Assembly (NCBI GenBank): GCA_002104905.1
Contig: MCFE01000487.1
Location: 3,644-67,643, forward strand
From: Basidiobolus meristosporus CBS 931.73
Lineage: Eukaryota; Fungi; Basidiobolomycota
Direction: 5' to 3'
DNA length: 64,000 bases
The notes beneath the pieces are model-generated. The model ran no database searches. It saw nothing but the letters and a program-made list of their open reading frames with translations, and had not been told where the DNA came from. Shown in pieces: positions 49,710 to 62,421 of the stretch (the stretch's first letter is position 1; each line of letters starts with the position of its first letter). Made by a program: the position numbers and the translations under genes.

Positions 49710-50958
49710 TATCCTTTTATTCCACTCCATCTAGGTTGAATGATACGGCATTATTTCGCTTATAAGGGAGTAACAGTGATGGATACTGGAGTCATTTACC
49801 TGAAACAATTGGTCAGTGATGGACTTTCCAAAATAGATAATCCAAGAATGAGCACTCTGTTCTGGAATTTCACCCCTTTGATAGCTTGATCACTTGATGA
49901 GCTATCACGTATAATGGTGGATTTTGGGTGAAATACTGCTGCTGGGAAATATTTGTTTCCGCAGATCCAGTGACAGCCTTCATAATTTGACTAGCTTGAT
50001 CATGTTGTTGGTCAGGTATGTACAGTAAATGCCGTTCTAATCTACTGCTGCCGCATAAAGCTTTCTGGAGTCATTGATTGGACAGCAACAAAGTCTTATT
50101 TGTATTTTTAAGGCATTGCTGTTCCACTGGTAAATGGAAGTCCCGACTAAACAACACTCTCTTGGAGATCCGATAAGAGTTGACCCATATCATGAGGGAG
50201 AAGACACTTTATTCGTGTGCGAGTCTATCCCGCTAGTGCTAGTTCTGAAGTCATGAATAATGTACGCTCGAGCAAGTGTTGGTGATAAATTAGCCATAGA
50301 TTGGTTTCTGAGTAATGGTCAAATATCTCGACAATTGTTTATGATGTTGTTTGATTCTCTTCTCCTAAACCCTTCATCCTGTAGCCCTATTTAAATCGGA
50401 ATATTTGTTAGAGATAAACACGGATCAAAGCCGAGAAGTGAAACATGCACGGATCATATGAAGACTGATCTGAAACAACACTACATGAGCATCTAGGTAA
50501 GGGTCCAGTACCACACAAATATAGCACTACCACAGCTCGAGGAGCATAGCAGAGTCGCAACACTTTAGGATAATATGATATGTCTATCCAACATGTCAAA
50601 AGTATACATGAATGAAGAAGTGACCTGGAAGAAACAAGCCCCTTTGGATATTTGACGGATCAGAATACGCCATATTTCGGTTATGTACTTGAAGAATCAT
50701 AGAATATTTCCCAAGCTGCTAATCCGTTTGCTCCTTGATCCACTGCGCAAGCTAATTCTGTCGGCGTTCTAGTATTGGAGGGGCATGTGAGAGCTGTTTG
50801 CTACGGGAGCTGAAGTCAATTTACTATGTTAGGGGGATGTTGACACTACAAAGATCCGTATTGTTATCAGCACAGTCAATCCAACAGGTTGCCTTTTCTT
50901 GTGTACGTTTCACTGATGAATACTCCTAAAGTGATGGCTTTGGAATAGGATGTAGTGG

Positions 50959-51216
50959 GCCCATGATAATAGCAACAGCTAGTGGTAACCGGTCTTTAAT
51001 GCCGATAAATCATGCGGGCGCTTGCTTTTTGAATCCTGGTAGATTTGTTAGACACAGGAACCCAAAGTCATAACCACCTATCCAGCCTTGCCTAGTGCAA
51101 AGGTTACACATATACCATTTGAAGTTGCTCTTCTGGTCATCAGGATACGTTGTGGGCTCCGTGGAGATATGGTCTTTATCGTCAGCTTCATATCCAACTG
51201 CTCCTTCTTTTCTCAT
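50959..51216 (-). pseudogene. Uric acid/xanthine permease (UapA/NCS2-like) 5' remnant
   Basis: TRQGWIGGYDFGFLCLTNLPGFKKQAPA*FIGIKDRLPLAVAIIMG aligns by eye with the UapA N-terminus (TRDGLIGDYDYGFLF..PPFFGLNEKIPVLLAFILG); in-frame TGA, similarity lost afterwards. Confidence 0.72.
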
Positions 51217-52710
51217 ATTGGATTTAATACCGTCAAGCAATGAAACGAATGAGTAATGGACAAGGGTATGGCTGGCCTACTTGATCACTTTTATATGGAA
51301 CTGTTTAGTGCGCACACCCACAGAAGGTAATCACTTTCAAACCGGCTCATTCCAGTCCAAAAGGTCATTCTATTGTAGGTTTCAAACGATAGAGTGTACT
51401 AGTTTCTCCACATTGCAAGTCGATCACATATAACATGAAGCCAACAAAATTCATATGCAGAATAATCATGATATTAAATACGGAGCACCACCTTGCCACA
51501 ACACCTCTTCCAACAACCGCTTCTCACACACTAGTACAAATCGGGGTTAAGGCTATTCAGTAGTAGCTACAACTAAGGGTTTATGGAGTGCTTGCTGTGC
51601 TAGACATATCCAATTCATTGACATTACTAGTAATGAGTAAAGAATTGAATAAATCTTCAAACATACTCTTGTAAAGTGATCACTTTGCAACATGGTTCTG
51701 TCACCCTATATGGGTGTATACACTAGGTTGGGTCATGATTGTGCTATAAGAGTGCCCAAGTCACTAAGTCTGAATAGAGTGTTGACCTGAGTTGTATCGT
51801 AACACATGCACAAACATCATTGGAACTGACTTTGTTCTGTTGTGGCTCAGTATAGTAGCTGCCTCGGGCTGAACTGTTTACTTCATTCAAGATGCTATTG
51901 TACGGCGCATCCATAACAAAGCATTAGAAGCTACACAGGAAGATGACGAGTCTAACTTATAAGCATTTTGTACTGACGGTAAACAAGCACTTGTTAGATT
52001 TCCCATGTGTCACCACGAGTTTTCTTCCTAGTTCAATTCACTCCTACTCTTTGCCAGCTACTAATAGTGATGGGACTTTTCAGAGCATGACGTGGGATGT
52101 TGGGCGGTACAAAGTGAGAATGAAACTAGCTCAATACATAATACAGCGCCCGCCAATGCGTAGGCGTTTGTAGGTGGATAAGGTACTCACTAAAGCAAGA
52201 GATTTCTTTCCCAGAATTTCAACTTGCAGGAGTAACGTCTGTTAATGGGTATACAAGATGAGCTGTTGCTTGTTGTAGAGTGTGGTACGTTGATAAAAAA
52301 AGATGCTGTCATTGGAATGCCTGCTTTCCTTGAATCAAGCTTTTCTAGGTAGCAGCAATCAATTTCATTGATTTTGCCGAAGTTGCAAATGAGCTAATGA
52401 ACATAGATGTCGATGATGTTTTGCTGAGTAGCGCATTTCAAATCAGTTCATTGAGGTATACTACAGTATATATACATACATATATATAATAGGCATAGCA
52501 GACTTATTCTACATGACACAATCGTTATTTGATTGAAGCTGGTTGAAAGTAATAACAAGTCTGTACTATGGATTCCACGTTCAGCTTCCATACTGGTATT
52601 GACATTCGGTCAAATAGAGTTATTGCATAAGATTAGCAAGGTTGGGATTTATTTCCAGTTGTCTATAGATATCTAAAAAACTGCTTGGATATAAGTTTTG
52701 ATGGCTGAGC

Positions 52711-54105
52711 TTAATACTTGTAGAAGTCGCCACTCCCATGCCCTTCATATTCTCCACCACCTCCACCGTTGCCGCCATATCCACCGCCGCTGCCGCCACC
52801 GTTTCCACCATATCCTCCGCTGCCACCACCGCCATTTCCACCATATCCTCCACCACTACCGCTGCCGCCACCGTTTCCACCGTATCCTCCGCTGCCACCA
52901 CCGCCATTTCCACCATGTCCTCCGCTGCCACCACCGCCATTTCCATCATATCCTCCACCGCTGCCGCCACCGTTTCCATCGTATCCTCCGCTACCACCAC
53001 CACCGTTGCCACCATATCCTCCGCTACCGCCACCGCCACTCCCACCATATCCTCCGCCGCTGCCGCCACCGTTTCCACCGTTTCCTCCGCTGCTACCACC
53101 GCCATTTCCACCATGTCCTCCGCTACCACCACCACCGTTGCCACCATATCCTCCACCGCCGCCGCCACCGTTTCCACCATATCCTCCACTACCGCCACCG
53201 CCGCTCCCACCATATCCTCCGCTGCTGCCGCCACCGTTTCCACCGTATCCTCCGCTGCTACCACCGCCATTTCCACCGTGTCCTCCGCTACCGCTACCGC
53301 CACCGCTACCGCCACCGCTACCGCCACCGCCGCTCCCACCATATCCTCCGCCGCTGCCGCCACCGCTTCCACCGTATCCTCCGCTGCTACCACCGCCATT
53401 TCCACCATGTCCTCCGCTACCACCACCACCGTTGCCACCATATCCTCCACTGCCGCCGCCACCGTTTCCACCATATTCTCCGCCGCTGCCGCCACCGTTT
53501 CCACCATATCCTCCGCTATCACCACCACCGTTTCCACCATATCCTCCGCTGCCACCACCGCCATTTCCACCATATCCTCCACCGCTGCCGCCACCGTTTC
53601 CACCGTATCCTCCGCTACCGCCACCACCGTTGCCACCATATCCTCCGCCGCTGCCGCCACCGTTTCCACCGTATCCTCCGCTGCCACCACCGCCATTTCC
53701 ACCATATCCTGCACCGCTGCCGCCACCGTTTCCACCGTATTCTCCGCTACCACCACCACCGTTTCCACCATAACCTCCGCTACTGCCACCGCCGTTTCCA
53801 CCATGTCCTCCGCCGCTGCCGCCACCGTTTCCACCGTATTCTCCGCTACCACCACCACCGTTTCCACCATAACCTCCGCTACTGCCACCGCCGTTTCCAC
53901 CATGTCCTCCGCCGCTGCCGCCACCGTTTCCACCATATCCTCCACCGCTACCGCCACCACCGTTTCCTTCATAGCTATCACCGTGAGCTACACCACCACC
54001 TTCACCAGCGTAATCTTTGGTGTTGTATCCGCGCTCGAGAACAGCAGCACTCGCCATGGACAAGACTGAAGCTGCAAGAAGGAGTTTGATCGAAGAGATT
54101 TTCAT
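52711..54105 (-). CDS. Large secreted glycine-rich (GGNGGGSGGGY repeat) structural protein, 464 aa
   Basis: Signal-peptide-like MKISSIKLLLAASVLSMASA, then LERGY and dozens of GG(Y/H)GG(N/S)GGG repeats; TATAAA on the minus strand at about 54145-54150. Confidence 0.88.
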   Translation of the reverse strand: MKISSIKLLLAASVLSMASAAVLERGYNTKDYAGEGGGVAHGDSYEGNGGGGSGGGYGGNGGGSGGGHGGNGGGSSGGYGGNGGGGSGEYGGNGGGSGGGHGGNGGGSSGGYGGNGGGGSGEYGGNGGGSGAGYGGNGGGGSGGYGGNGGGSGGGYGGNGGGGSGGYGGNGGGSGGGYGGNGGGGSGGYGGNGGGDSGGYGGNGGGSGGEYGGNGGGGSGGYGGNGGGGSGGHGGNGGGSSGGYGGSGGGSGGGYGGSGGGGSGGGSGGGSGSGGHGGNGGGSSGGYGGNGGGSSGGYGGSGGGGSGGYGGNGGGGGGGYGGNGGGGSGGHGGNGGGSSGGNGGNGGGSGGGYGGSGGGGSGGYGGNGGGGSGGYDGNGGGSGGGYDGNGGGGSGGHGGNGGGGSGGYGGNGGGSGSGGGYGGNGGGGSGGYGGNGGGSGGGYGGNGGGGGEYEGHGSGDFYKY

Positions 54106-55164
54106 ATTGAGTGATTGATTTGTTGGATGGAATTAAGCTCCCCATTTATAGCCGTCCAATGTCTTACATGAGTATGGTGTCTGTTGATCTCAGCAGCAGT
54201 ATCAGGGATTGTGGCACTACATTGATTGTTTCATTTGCATCTGGTGGATAAGCTGCTCCTGAAAATGCATCATGAATTGCTGAACACGCAAATGTTCCAC
54301 GTCCGACAAAGTTGATTGGCTTACAAATGCATTTGGAGTTTGCGATGGTAGATCATGAATGTGATAAACAAATGAAGGCTTCCAGTATGCTGTCCTGTTA
54401 GCATCCATTTATAATAGATAGTGAGCAATTGCTCCAAGTCTTTTTTTGATCTCGCTAATCATCTGAATAAAGGGGATTATGACTTGCAAAAAACCCTCAA
54501 TTAACGTGCTTGTGTGAATCCATTTTGGACTAGCGCGTGTTTCATATGCTCTCCTGTTTGTTTTACCATTTTGGTATAAAGTTGTATTTTGAAGTGCTGT
54601 TTATTAACAAGTCGAGAGTTGGCCGGACCATTTGGTCCAATTGAATACTATTGTTATTTCTGGTTTATGTCATATCATATTCCAGTAAACAAGAATCTGA
54701 ATATTTTTTTTGGAGTTGTTTTGATAGTTCATCAAATTTGTTGTATCTTTTCTTAAGACTTAAACCATGCCTCCTGCCAGTCAACATCTTGATGTTAATG
54801 TGTATGTATCAATATCCAAGCAATTTTCACTTGTTTAACTGGGGAAGTTTATATTGATTCCTGCACAAGTGGGTCAGCTGATGGTTTTACCTCCTTGAAA
54901 GCTTGGTCAAATTTGAAAAATGCCAAAAATACCTTACCACTGATTTACTTCTTGTTCTTCCTTCCTTTAGATCACTTTTGCAATATCATTCAGAGGACAA
55001 ATGCTTATGCAACTAGCTTTGGCCCCTGGACTGAAATTACATTTGCAAAGTACATGATGTGGATTGTATTAATCAATCATTCCAACAAGAAAGCTCACTG
55101 GAAGCAAGGCTATTCTCACTTAATGAACATTGACTTTATGGAATGTATATTGTAAAGAAGATTT

Positions 55165-55691
55165 TGTTGTAACAATTTGTAACTCCACCTGAATATTCAC
55201 CTCACTTAGTCACTTAGATTATTACCTTCAAATCTCAGAGAATACTGACCAAAATTCTTGTTGGGATTTACTTAGAATGTTTTCACCAAAATACTGTTGT
55301 AAGAGTCTTGGAGATATTGGAAGTGATTGGGAGAACAAGTAGATTATGTGGTTTTCACTTAATGATTTAATGAATGTAAAAGTAGTATTTATACTTTTAC
55401 CTGGTCTTGGCATTACAAACACGTAGAATAGGTTAAGGAAGGTCCCAAGAACATGTGTGCAAAGTTTGGGGCTGTTTGGACAACTTTGAGAATTTTCATG
55501 TTCTGGGTACCAGGCATTTTGGTGAAAATATTCTAAGTAAATCCCGACAAGGAATTTGGTCAGTATTCTCTAGGATTTAAGGGTAATGATCTAAGTGACT
55601 AAGTTAGGTGAATATTTAGGTGGAATTACAAATTTTTACAACAAATACCAGGTACCCAGAACATGGGAATTCTCAAAGTTGTCCAAACAGC
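55165..55691 (+). repeat. Family A 5' LTR, partial, interrupted by an inverted LTR and joined directly to the gag region
   Basis: LTR match resumes after the insert and stops at CCAAACAGC, then gag-upstream sequence follows. Confidence 0.85.
55295..55643 (-). mobile_element. Family A solo LTR (349 bp), inverted inside a family A LTR, TSD AATAC
   Basis: AATAC at 55290-55294 and at 55644-55648. Confidence 0.95.
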
Positions 55692-57794
55692 TGTCATTCT
55701 CTGCAATGTCTACTATTGCTATTACTGAAATTTATCTCTCTGCTGAAAAGTTGGATGGATCTAACTACCAAGTGTGTAAGGTGAAGATGAAGATGCTACT
55801 ACAAGAAAGAGGCCTTTGAGATATTGTCATGGGAGAATAATTCCCTCCTATAAATGTGGGAGAGGAGCCCTTTATGTACCAGAAGAAAGAACAAAGTGCC
55901 TTTAACTGCATTTGCCTTAATGTAAAAGACAAATTGCTAATTCAATGCTCAAGTGCAAAAATGGCAAAGAATGCCTGGAAGGCATTAGAAGATACCTACC
56001 AGTCATGTTCAAAATTCTTTATCACAAAGATGCTGCCAGGAGAAGAAATAAAAAATATAATCAACAGAATTACCCTGCTGGTGGATAAGATGAAATCTGT
56101 GGGCATACCAACTACTGATGAAAATGTGATAGTAGCTATCCTGAATAGCCTGACAGACAGGTTTCAGGGCTTTGTATCAGCCCTAGAGTCCAGAGCTAAT
56201 GATTTAAAATTAAATCATATATATGAAAGGCTCCTGGATGAAGAATTAATAAATCAAGCTCCAGTCAGAAGGAAGAAGAAAGTGCCTCAATAAGCATTAA
56301 TAACCAGCAAAGGAGATACCAAAGACCTTTCAAAGGTAATAGCAACCTGCTTAGTGACTACTGCAAAACAAAAGGACACACACCAGTCAGGTGCTTCAAA
56401 AAGAGAGACAGTTAGCAGAAACAGCCTGAATATGGAAATGCTGCAACAACTGAAGAAAGACTATTCATATCTGCACCAAATATGACCACAAACAAGAGCT
56501 TTGAGACGTGGTATATTGACTCTGGAGCATCTCAACCCTTTACACGCTAAAAAGAGCTTTTCCTAATATCAAGAAATTCTAGTTAACAAGGTCTTTGTGG
56601 GTGACAATAGAACACTTGATGTAGTGTGGAAAGGAAATACCTAAGTAGGCCCTAAAGGTAATGAAGAAAGCCATATACTGACCTTTAAAGAAGTACTCTA
56701 TGCATTATAAATGGCCAAGAGCCTACTATCTGTAAGCAAGGCCTCAGCAGGAGGACTCAGTTCCAGCTTTGACAATTGCAGATGCAGGATCACTGATCAA
56801 AACAGTGCTCATACTGCTATAGGTATCAGAGATCAGAATCTGTATAAGTTTACTTATATTCCATCATATCTGGAATCCAATATAAGCAACTTGAACAGCA
56901 AGGCACCAATACTTTGGGACAGAAGATTTGGACACATCAATTTTGATTATTTGTACAAAGTGATTAAAGATCAGCTATTTTCTAGAGTAAGGATTGATCC
57001 TCAGCTAATTTAGAGCACTGTGAAGCCTGCATATATGGGAAACAAGCCAGACAGCCATTCAAGAGCTCAAGGCTAATCAAAACTAAGAAAAATTTAGATC
57101 CAATTCACTCAGATCTGTGTGGACCTATTCAAATTTATCCTTAGGTGTCATAATGTAATTAATCACTTTCATTGATGATCATACAAGATATATGTTGGTC
57201 TACACTATGGAGAGAAAGGAAGATGCTCTGTCTAAGCTTAGGGAGTTTAAAGCCATGGTGGGGAGAGAAACTGGTGAAAAAATCAAGAAAGTATGCTCAG
57301 ACAATGGTGGAGAATATACCTCAAAACTCCTCATACACTTCTGCAAAACTCACAGAATAAAGCAAGAGACTACTTTACCATACTCCCCACAGCATGATCA
57401 AGTAGCAGATTGTGCAAACAAGTTACTATTTGATATGGCAAGATCTACAATCCATTATCAAAAATTATCCTATGATTTTTTGGCAAAATCAGTTGCCACT
57501 GCTGTATACCTTAAAAGCAGGAGTTACAACAGAATTTGTTGTGATTCAACTCCATTTGAAGCATGGCATGGATACAGCCCAAGTGCAGAACATCTAAGAG
57601 TATTTGGGTGAATAGCATATGCCAAGAATCACACTGGAAATCAGTCAAAATTTGAGCCAAAAAAGTGCAAAATGTATACTTGTGGGCTACTGCAATAAGA
57701 GTAAAGCATACAGACTCTACAATACCAAAGCAAAGAAGCCAATCAAGTTCATGGATGTGCTGTTTGATGAAAATTCAAAAATTTCACAATAAAT
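55692..57794 (+). mobile_element. Degenerate copia family A gag-PR-IN region
   Basis: EKLDGSNY gag N-terminus, WYIDSG, LWDRRFGH, SDNGGEY; many stops. Confidence 0.92.
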
Positions 57795-58143
57795 TGTTGT
57801 AAAAACTTGAAATTTCCACCTAAATATTCACCTTACTTAGTCACTTTGATCATTACCTTCAAATCCTAAAGAATACTGACCAAATTCCTTGTTGGGATTT
57901 ACTTGGAATGTTTTCACCAAAATATCAGGTACCCAGAATAGGAAGATTCTTAAAGTTACCCAAACAGCCCCAAATTCTGCACACATGTTCTTGAGACCCT
58001 CCTTAATCCATTCTACATGTTTGTAATGCCAAGACCATATAAAAGTATAAATACTACTTTTACATTTAATAAATCATTAAGTGAAAACCACAAAATCTAC
58101 TTGTTCTCCCAATCACTTCCAATATCTCCAAGACTCTTACAAA
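57795..58143 (+). repeat. Family A LTR
   Basis: Matches 3501-3849; 3' end slightly degenerate. Confidence 0.88.
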
Positions 58144-58150
58144 ATGGTCA

Positions 58151-58318
58151 AAGCTGTACTACTTAGTAGACTGGATTGGTTATGGTCCAAGTGACCAAAC
58201 ATGGGAACCAGCTACCCATCTCACTAATTGTGAAGAACTAGTTGCCCAGTTCCACCAGCAATATCCTGCAAAACCTGCCCCAAAGGGAAACAGAGCTTTG
58301 CCTGGAAGCAGAGAATAG
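58151..58318 (+). mobile_element. Chromodomain C-terminus of a Ty3/gypsy (chromovirus) integrase
   Basis: KLYYLVDWIGYGPSDQTWEPATHLTNCEELVAQFHQQYPAKP, with its stop immediately before the family B LTR. Confidence 0.88.
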
Positions 58319-58847
58319 TGTCATGATCACATGACAACCATGAGCACCCATGTCAAGTTTCAGCTTCCTAGCTCAATTTCTAAGAGATTCCTTCTGGAAC
58401 CTTCTACCACCTTCCAGAAAGTTCCTGTCCATTCCAAACCATTGTTACACAATGGAACATTCCATGGAAGCTTCCCATTGTATTTTTCATAGTTCAATAC
58501 CATATATGGAGATACCAGGTCACATGACTTAGTCATATGATCAGGTGACCCAACCCATTTCCCCATCTGGTTTCAGTGCTGTGTCATCTATGTCATTATT
58601 CCCAGCACCATTACTGTGCCTCACCCCACAATCCCATTTGTATTAGCTAATATCTCTTGGCATCAGTATAGCCAAAAAGTATATAAAGTCCTATCCCCCC
58701 TTAAGTATTCCTCAGTCTGATCAACACAGGTCTTGAATAAACAGCCTTGCCTTGGAAATCCACCTTGCCTTGTTGATCCACACCTAAGTCCTTTCCTGGT
58801 CCTGCATTACCTAGCCCTACTCTCCTGCCTTGTGTCTATTCATAACA
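58319..58847 (+). repeat. Family B 3' LTR
   Basis: TGTCATG...CATAACA; same family as 24819-25339 and 61278-61806. Confidence 0.92.
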
Positions 58848-59030
58848 GTGCAACTTTAAGGAATCAGAGTACAACACCTGAGAAATCAGAAGCTCAAGTA
58901 CCTTTCTGCAGGTGGGCAGCAGAGATATTGACCTGTAGGAGCTAGGATCCAGGTGCTCTCCTTTACCCTTGCACAGTGGCAGAACATTGGTAAAGGACCA
59001 TTCTTCAGGAGTTAAAAGCTGGGCTGAGCA

Positions 59031-59312
59031 TCACTGAAACAGTGGAAGAATAAGAGTGGACATGGCCTTGGTACTAGTCTTCTGAAGCTCATAGGAGGTA
59101 GTGTCCACACCTGGGGCAGAAGAGGTAGGAAGCCTCTTGAGCTCATTATAGATTCTCTCTTGATCAAGTACAAGTGGGATTGGCAGAGTCCTGAAGTCAG
59201 GATGAATGCCAGGAGTTGAGTACTGCTTTGCAGAGAAGAAGATGTTAGCCAGCTGTTCTGTTGAAGGTAACTTCCTGAAAGAGGGCCTCATTGCCCTGTA
59301 GAGTCCTGACAC
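59031..59312 (-). mobile_element. LINE-like fragment (region just upstream of the RT core)
   Basis: ELKRLPTSSAPGVDTTSYELQK..LILPLF resembles the KAPGxDG..YE.LK..L..LF segment of non-LTR ORF2. Confidence 0.65.
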
Positions 59313-59938
59313 TGTTCATGTTATATAGTTGGATGATTACCAAGGCAAAGTGCTCATAATATGGTTAGGGTGTGTAGGTCCTATAGTAAGGGCTAGGAAA
59401 AGGCTAGAAGAGCAGGGGGTTTGGGGGATGCAATACCCCATACTGCTCCCTTACTCTTTGAATTCCCTATGGATCACTTTTCTCTCATTCTTGGTTTTGG
59501 TTCCTTGGGTTACAATTCCTCCACCTAACTCTTATCACCCTAACCATAAATATTTTTACCCTACAATTGGCACATTGTCTGGTCATATAGTGGGCATGTC
59601 TGGGCCAATATTGGTCTTGCTACACTTTCTGTAAGCTCTGTATAAGTCTTGGTGTATATATGATTAATAAACTCTTTCTTTTAATGCTATATCTAATAAT
59701 TAATAGGAGTCATCCCAATCTGGTCACAATCCCATATTTCAATAAGCTTCTGGCACCATAAATTGCACAGCCCTAATATAATAAGAAAACTCATGATTGA
59801 TGCAAATTTTCTGTAACCCAATTGCTTTAACCACATATAAAGTGCATCCCAAAGTTCAAAATATATTATAGCTATAATAGGAACTTGATTTGACACCATT
59901 GAAACAACAACTTGGGTTCCATGTGCACATGTATCCTG

Positions 59939-60204
59939 CAGGAGTCATCAATCATTAACCGTGTGGTAATAAAGTGCTTTTATTTTTCATCATGCTAATT
60001 TTACATGAGCCCTGACGCACTTTTATAGTGCATGGTGACCATACCCTAACAGGTTTTAAGGATACCTACTTGCTACATTTGCTTGGGTCTAGCAGGAGTC
60101 ATCAATCTTCAGCCACATGGTAATAGAGTGCTTTTATTTATCATCATGCTAGTTTTGCATGAATCCCTAATGCACTTTTATAGTGCACAGTAGCCATAAC
60201 CTGT
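59939..60204. repeat. Imperfect direct repeat, period about 154 bp
   Basis: CAGGAGTCATCAATC...CATCATGCTA...GCACTTTTATAGTGCA at 59939 and 60093. Confidence 0.8.
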
Positions 60205-61277
60205 TGTATCCAAGAGAAAAGTGTAATAAACCCATGAATGAGTTACCTGAATCTAAGTGACAACTAAGTGCAGAATCTTAGGATTGTCAAGGGTGACAGA
60301 AATATTAGCAGAGAAGTTCTGGTCTAATATTGGTTTTGTATATAGCTGAGTTGGGCTATAAAGGCAACAGAGTTGGTTTGCTATACAGGCTAGGCTTGGT
60401 GTTCTTCAGAATGCTAGATATGATAGGCTTGGGTGAACCCTAGGACAGAATTGTTGAATTCTTAATTTTGCTGAGACACACACTAATCCAAAAGGTTCAG
60501 TAAACTTCATTTATATTTTTCTGCTCAATTTGAATTAGTAAGCACCAAGAGACTAGACTAGTTGAAATCTGTAGGGGTGTTCATAGGTGCATAAGATAAA
60601 TGAGAAATTGCATCATTAATCAGCTGATGTCTTGGCAACTACCAGGTGGTTGGATAGATCTCAGATAACTAATCACTTAGAAAGGCTTAGCAGATCTGTT
60701 GAGGATGTAATGACCACATGAAAACTGATCAGGTGTGACAGCTAAAAATAGATTCTGAGAAGTGATAAAATAAGCCATGACTGAGATTAGCTATGTTTGG
60801 GTTGGGGAAAATCAGTTAGGATGCTAGATTTTCTCACAGAGTAAAATAGGCTAAGTTTTAAATGTTGATTCACAACACTTCAAAAGTACAACCAATTTGA
60901 CATTACTTTTTCCTATCAGAGCTGTCTAATGTATATCAGGCTTTGACAGTGGGTTTGGAAAATCAACATTTGTTATGATAAATTTTGAATTTTCAAGCAG
61001 ATAGCATAGTAAGGACTAGTTCTTTTTGAGCCAACAATGGCACCTGTAGCAGTTCCTTTCCTCACTAAAACAATTCTTCAAAGGTTTCTTTCTTGTATCT
61101 ACATTTTTAACTGTATAGTCCAAAACAGTTTTCAAATCCATCAAGCTTCTCAATAGAAGGGAATATCATAGTAAAAAGGCTGGTAGCACATGGCATAGTC
61201 TTAGCATGGAGGCTTATAGCCTGTTGTAAGGTAAAATAAATGTATTGGAGGTGTGGGTAGAGAAATAGGATAGAATC

Positions 61278-61806
61278 TGTCATGATCACATGACATCCCT
61301 GGTCTCCAATGTTCAAGCTAAATCAAGTTGGTGAAGACATCCCAGTTCTGTCTAGAAAGTTCAACTACATTCTGGCAATTACTGGAAAGCTCCATGTCAA
61401 CTTTACACAAGGTAACATTCCAAGGAAGCTCCCCTTTAGAATTTTTTTAGCTCAATACCATACATGGTAGTTGCATGTCACATGACCTTGTCACATGATC
61501 AGCGGACCGCTGACATATTCCCATGTGATATTCTAGTCTGTTCTTTAGTATGTTTCTATCTTGGCACACTTACTGTGCCTCACCCCAGAATCCCATCAAT
61601 ATTAGCCAATATCTCTTGCCACTCATATTGCCAAAATGTATATATAGTCCTATCCCCCCTTATGTATTCCTCAGTCTGATCAACACAGGTCTTGTATAAA
61701 CAGCCTTGCCTTTGAAATCCACCTTGCCTTGTTGATGCACACCTGAGTCCTTTCCTGGTCCTGCCTTGCCTAGCTCTACTCTCCTGCCTTGTCTCTATTC
61801 ATAACA
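61278..61806 (+). mobile_element. Family B solo LTR, TSD GAATC
   Basis: GAATC on both sides of TGTCATG...ATAACA. Confidence 0.93.
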
Positions 61807-62421
61807 GAATCAAGTTCACTTGTGATTTATTCAACAATCAGTTTATACAGTTAGTTTTCCAAGTGTAGTACAACAGTAGGATGAAGTGGTTCCTGGATGT
61901 ATAGGCACGTACTGGTATGATACAGGAAAGTTCAAGGTGATATGAGCAATTTTGAAAATTTGGACTTTTCACACTAATCTGAGATAATATGGTACCTAAG
62001 GTGTAGAATGTAGCTGTTACACAAAATGCTAAGTCAATATAGACCATTTAAATTGATACAAGTGATTAGATACATAGTAAAGACTTATTCCAACAGTATT
62101 GAGGGTTTGCTTATTGTAATATCAAGCGCATTGATATGGGGTGCAGATATGTGGATGGCTAGGCATGCTAGATATATCTATCTAAATATTCAATGCCAAA
62201 GTTGTTACTAAAACAGGAATAGCAATCTGTAGAGCTTTCATGATCAGAGTAAACAAGGCTATGGCCCCCTATGATAGTATTCTAAGTTGGTATATACACT
62301 CCCAAATTCACCTACCAATACAATGACTATATACGTTATGTTTGCTTATATTATCTGCATAGAAGGTTGTCACTCTCTTGGCAATGAAGAAGGATTACAT
62401 ATTATACATATGAGCTGCCTC

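Noticed and set aside
52620-54089. Long ORFs 52620..53981(-), 52698..54089(+), 52738..54069(+), 52769..53773(+)
   Set aside because: Shadow frames of the Gly-rich repeat gene; only 52711..54105 has a signal peptide and an upstream TATA.
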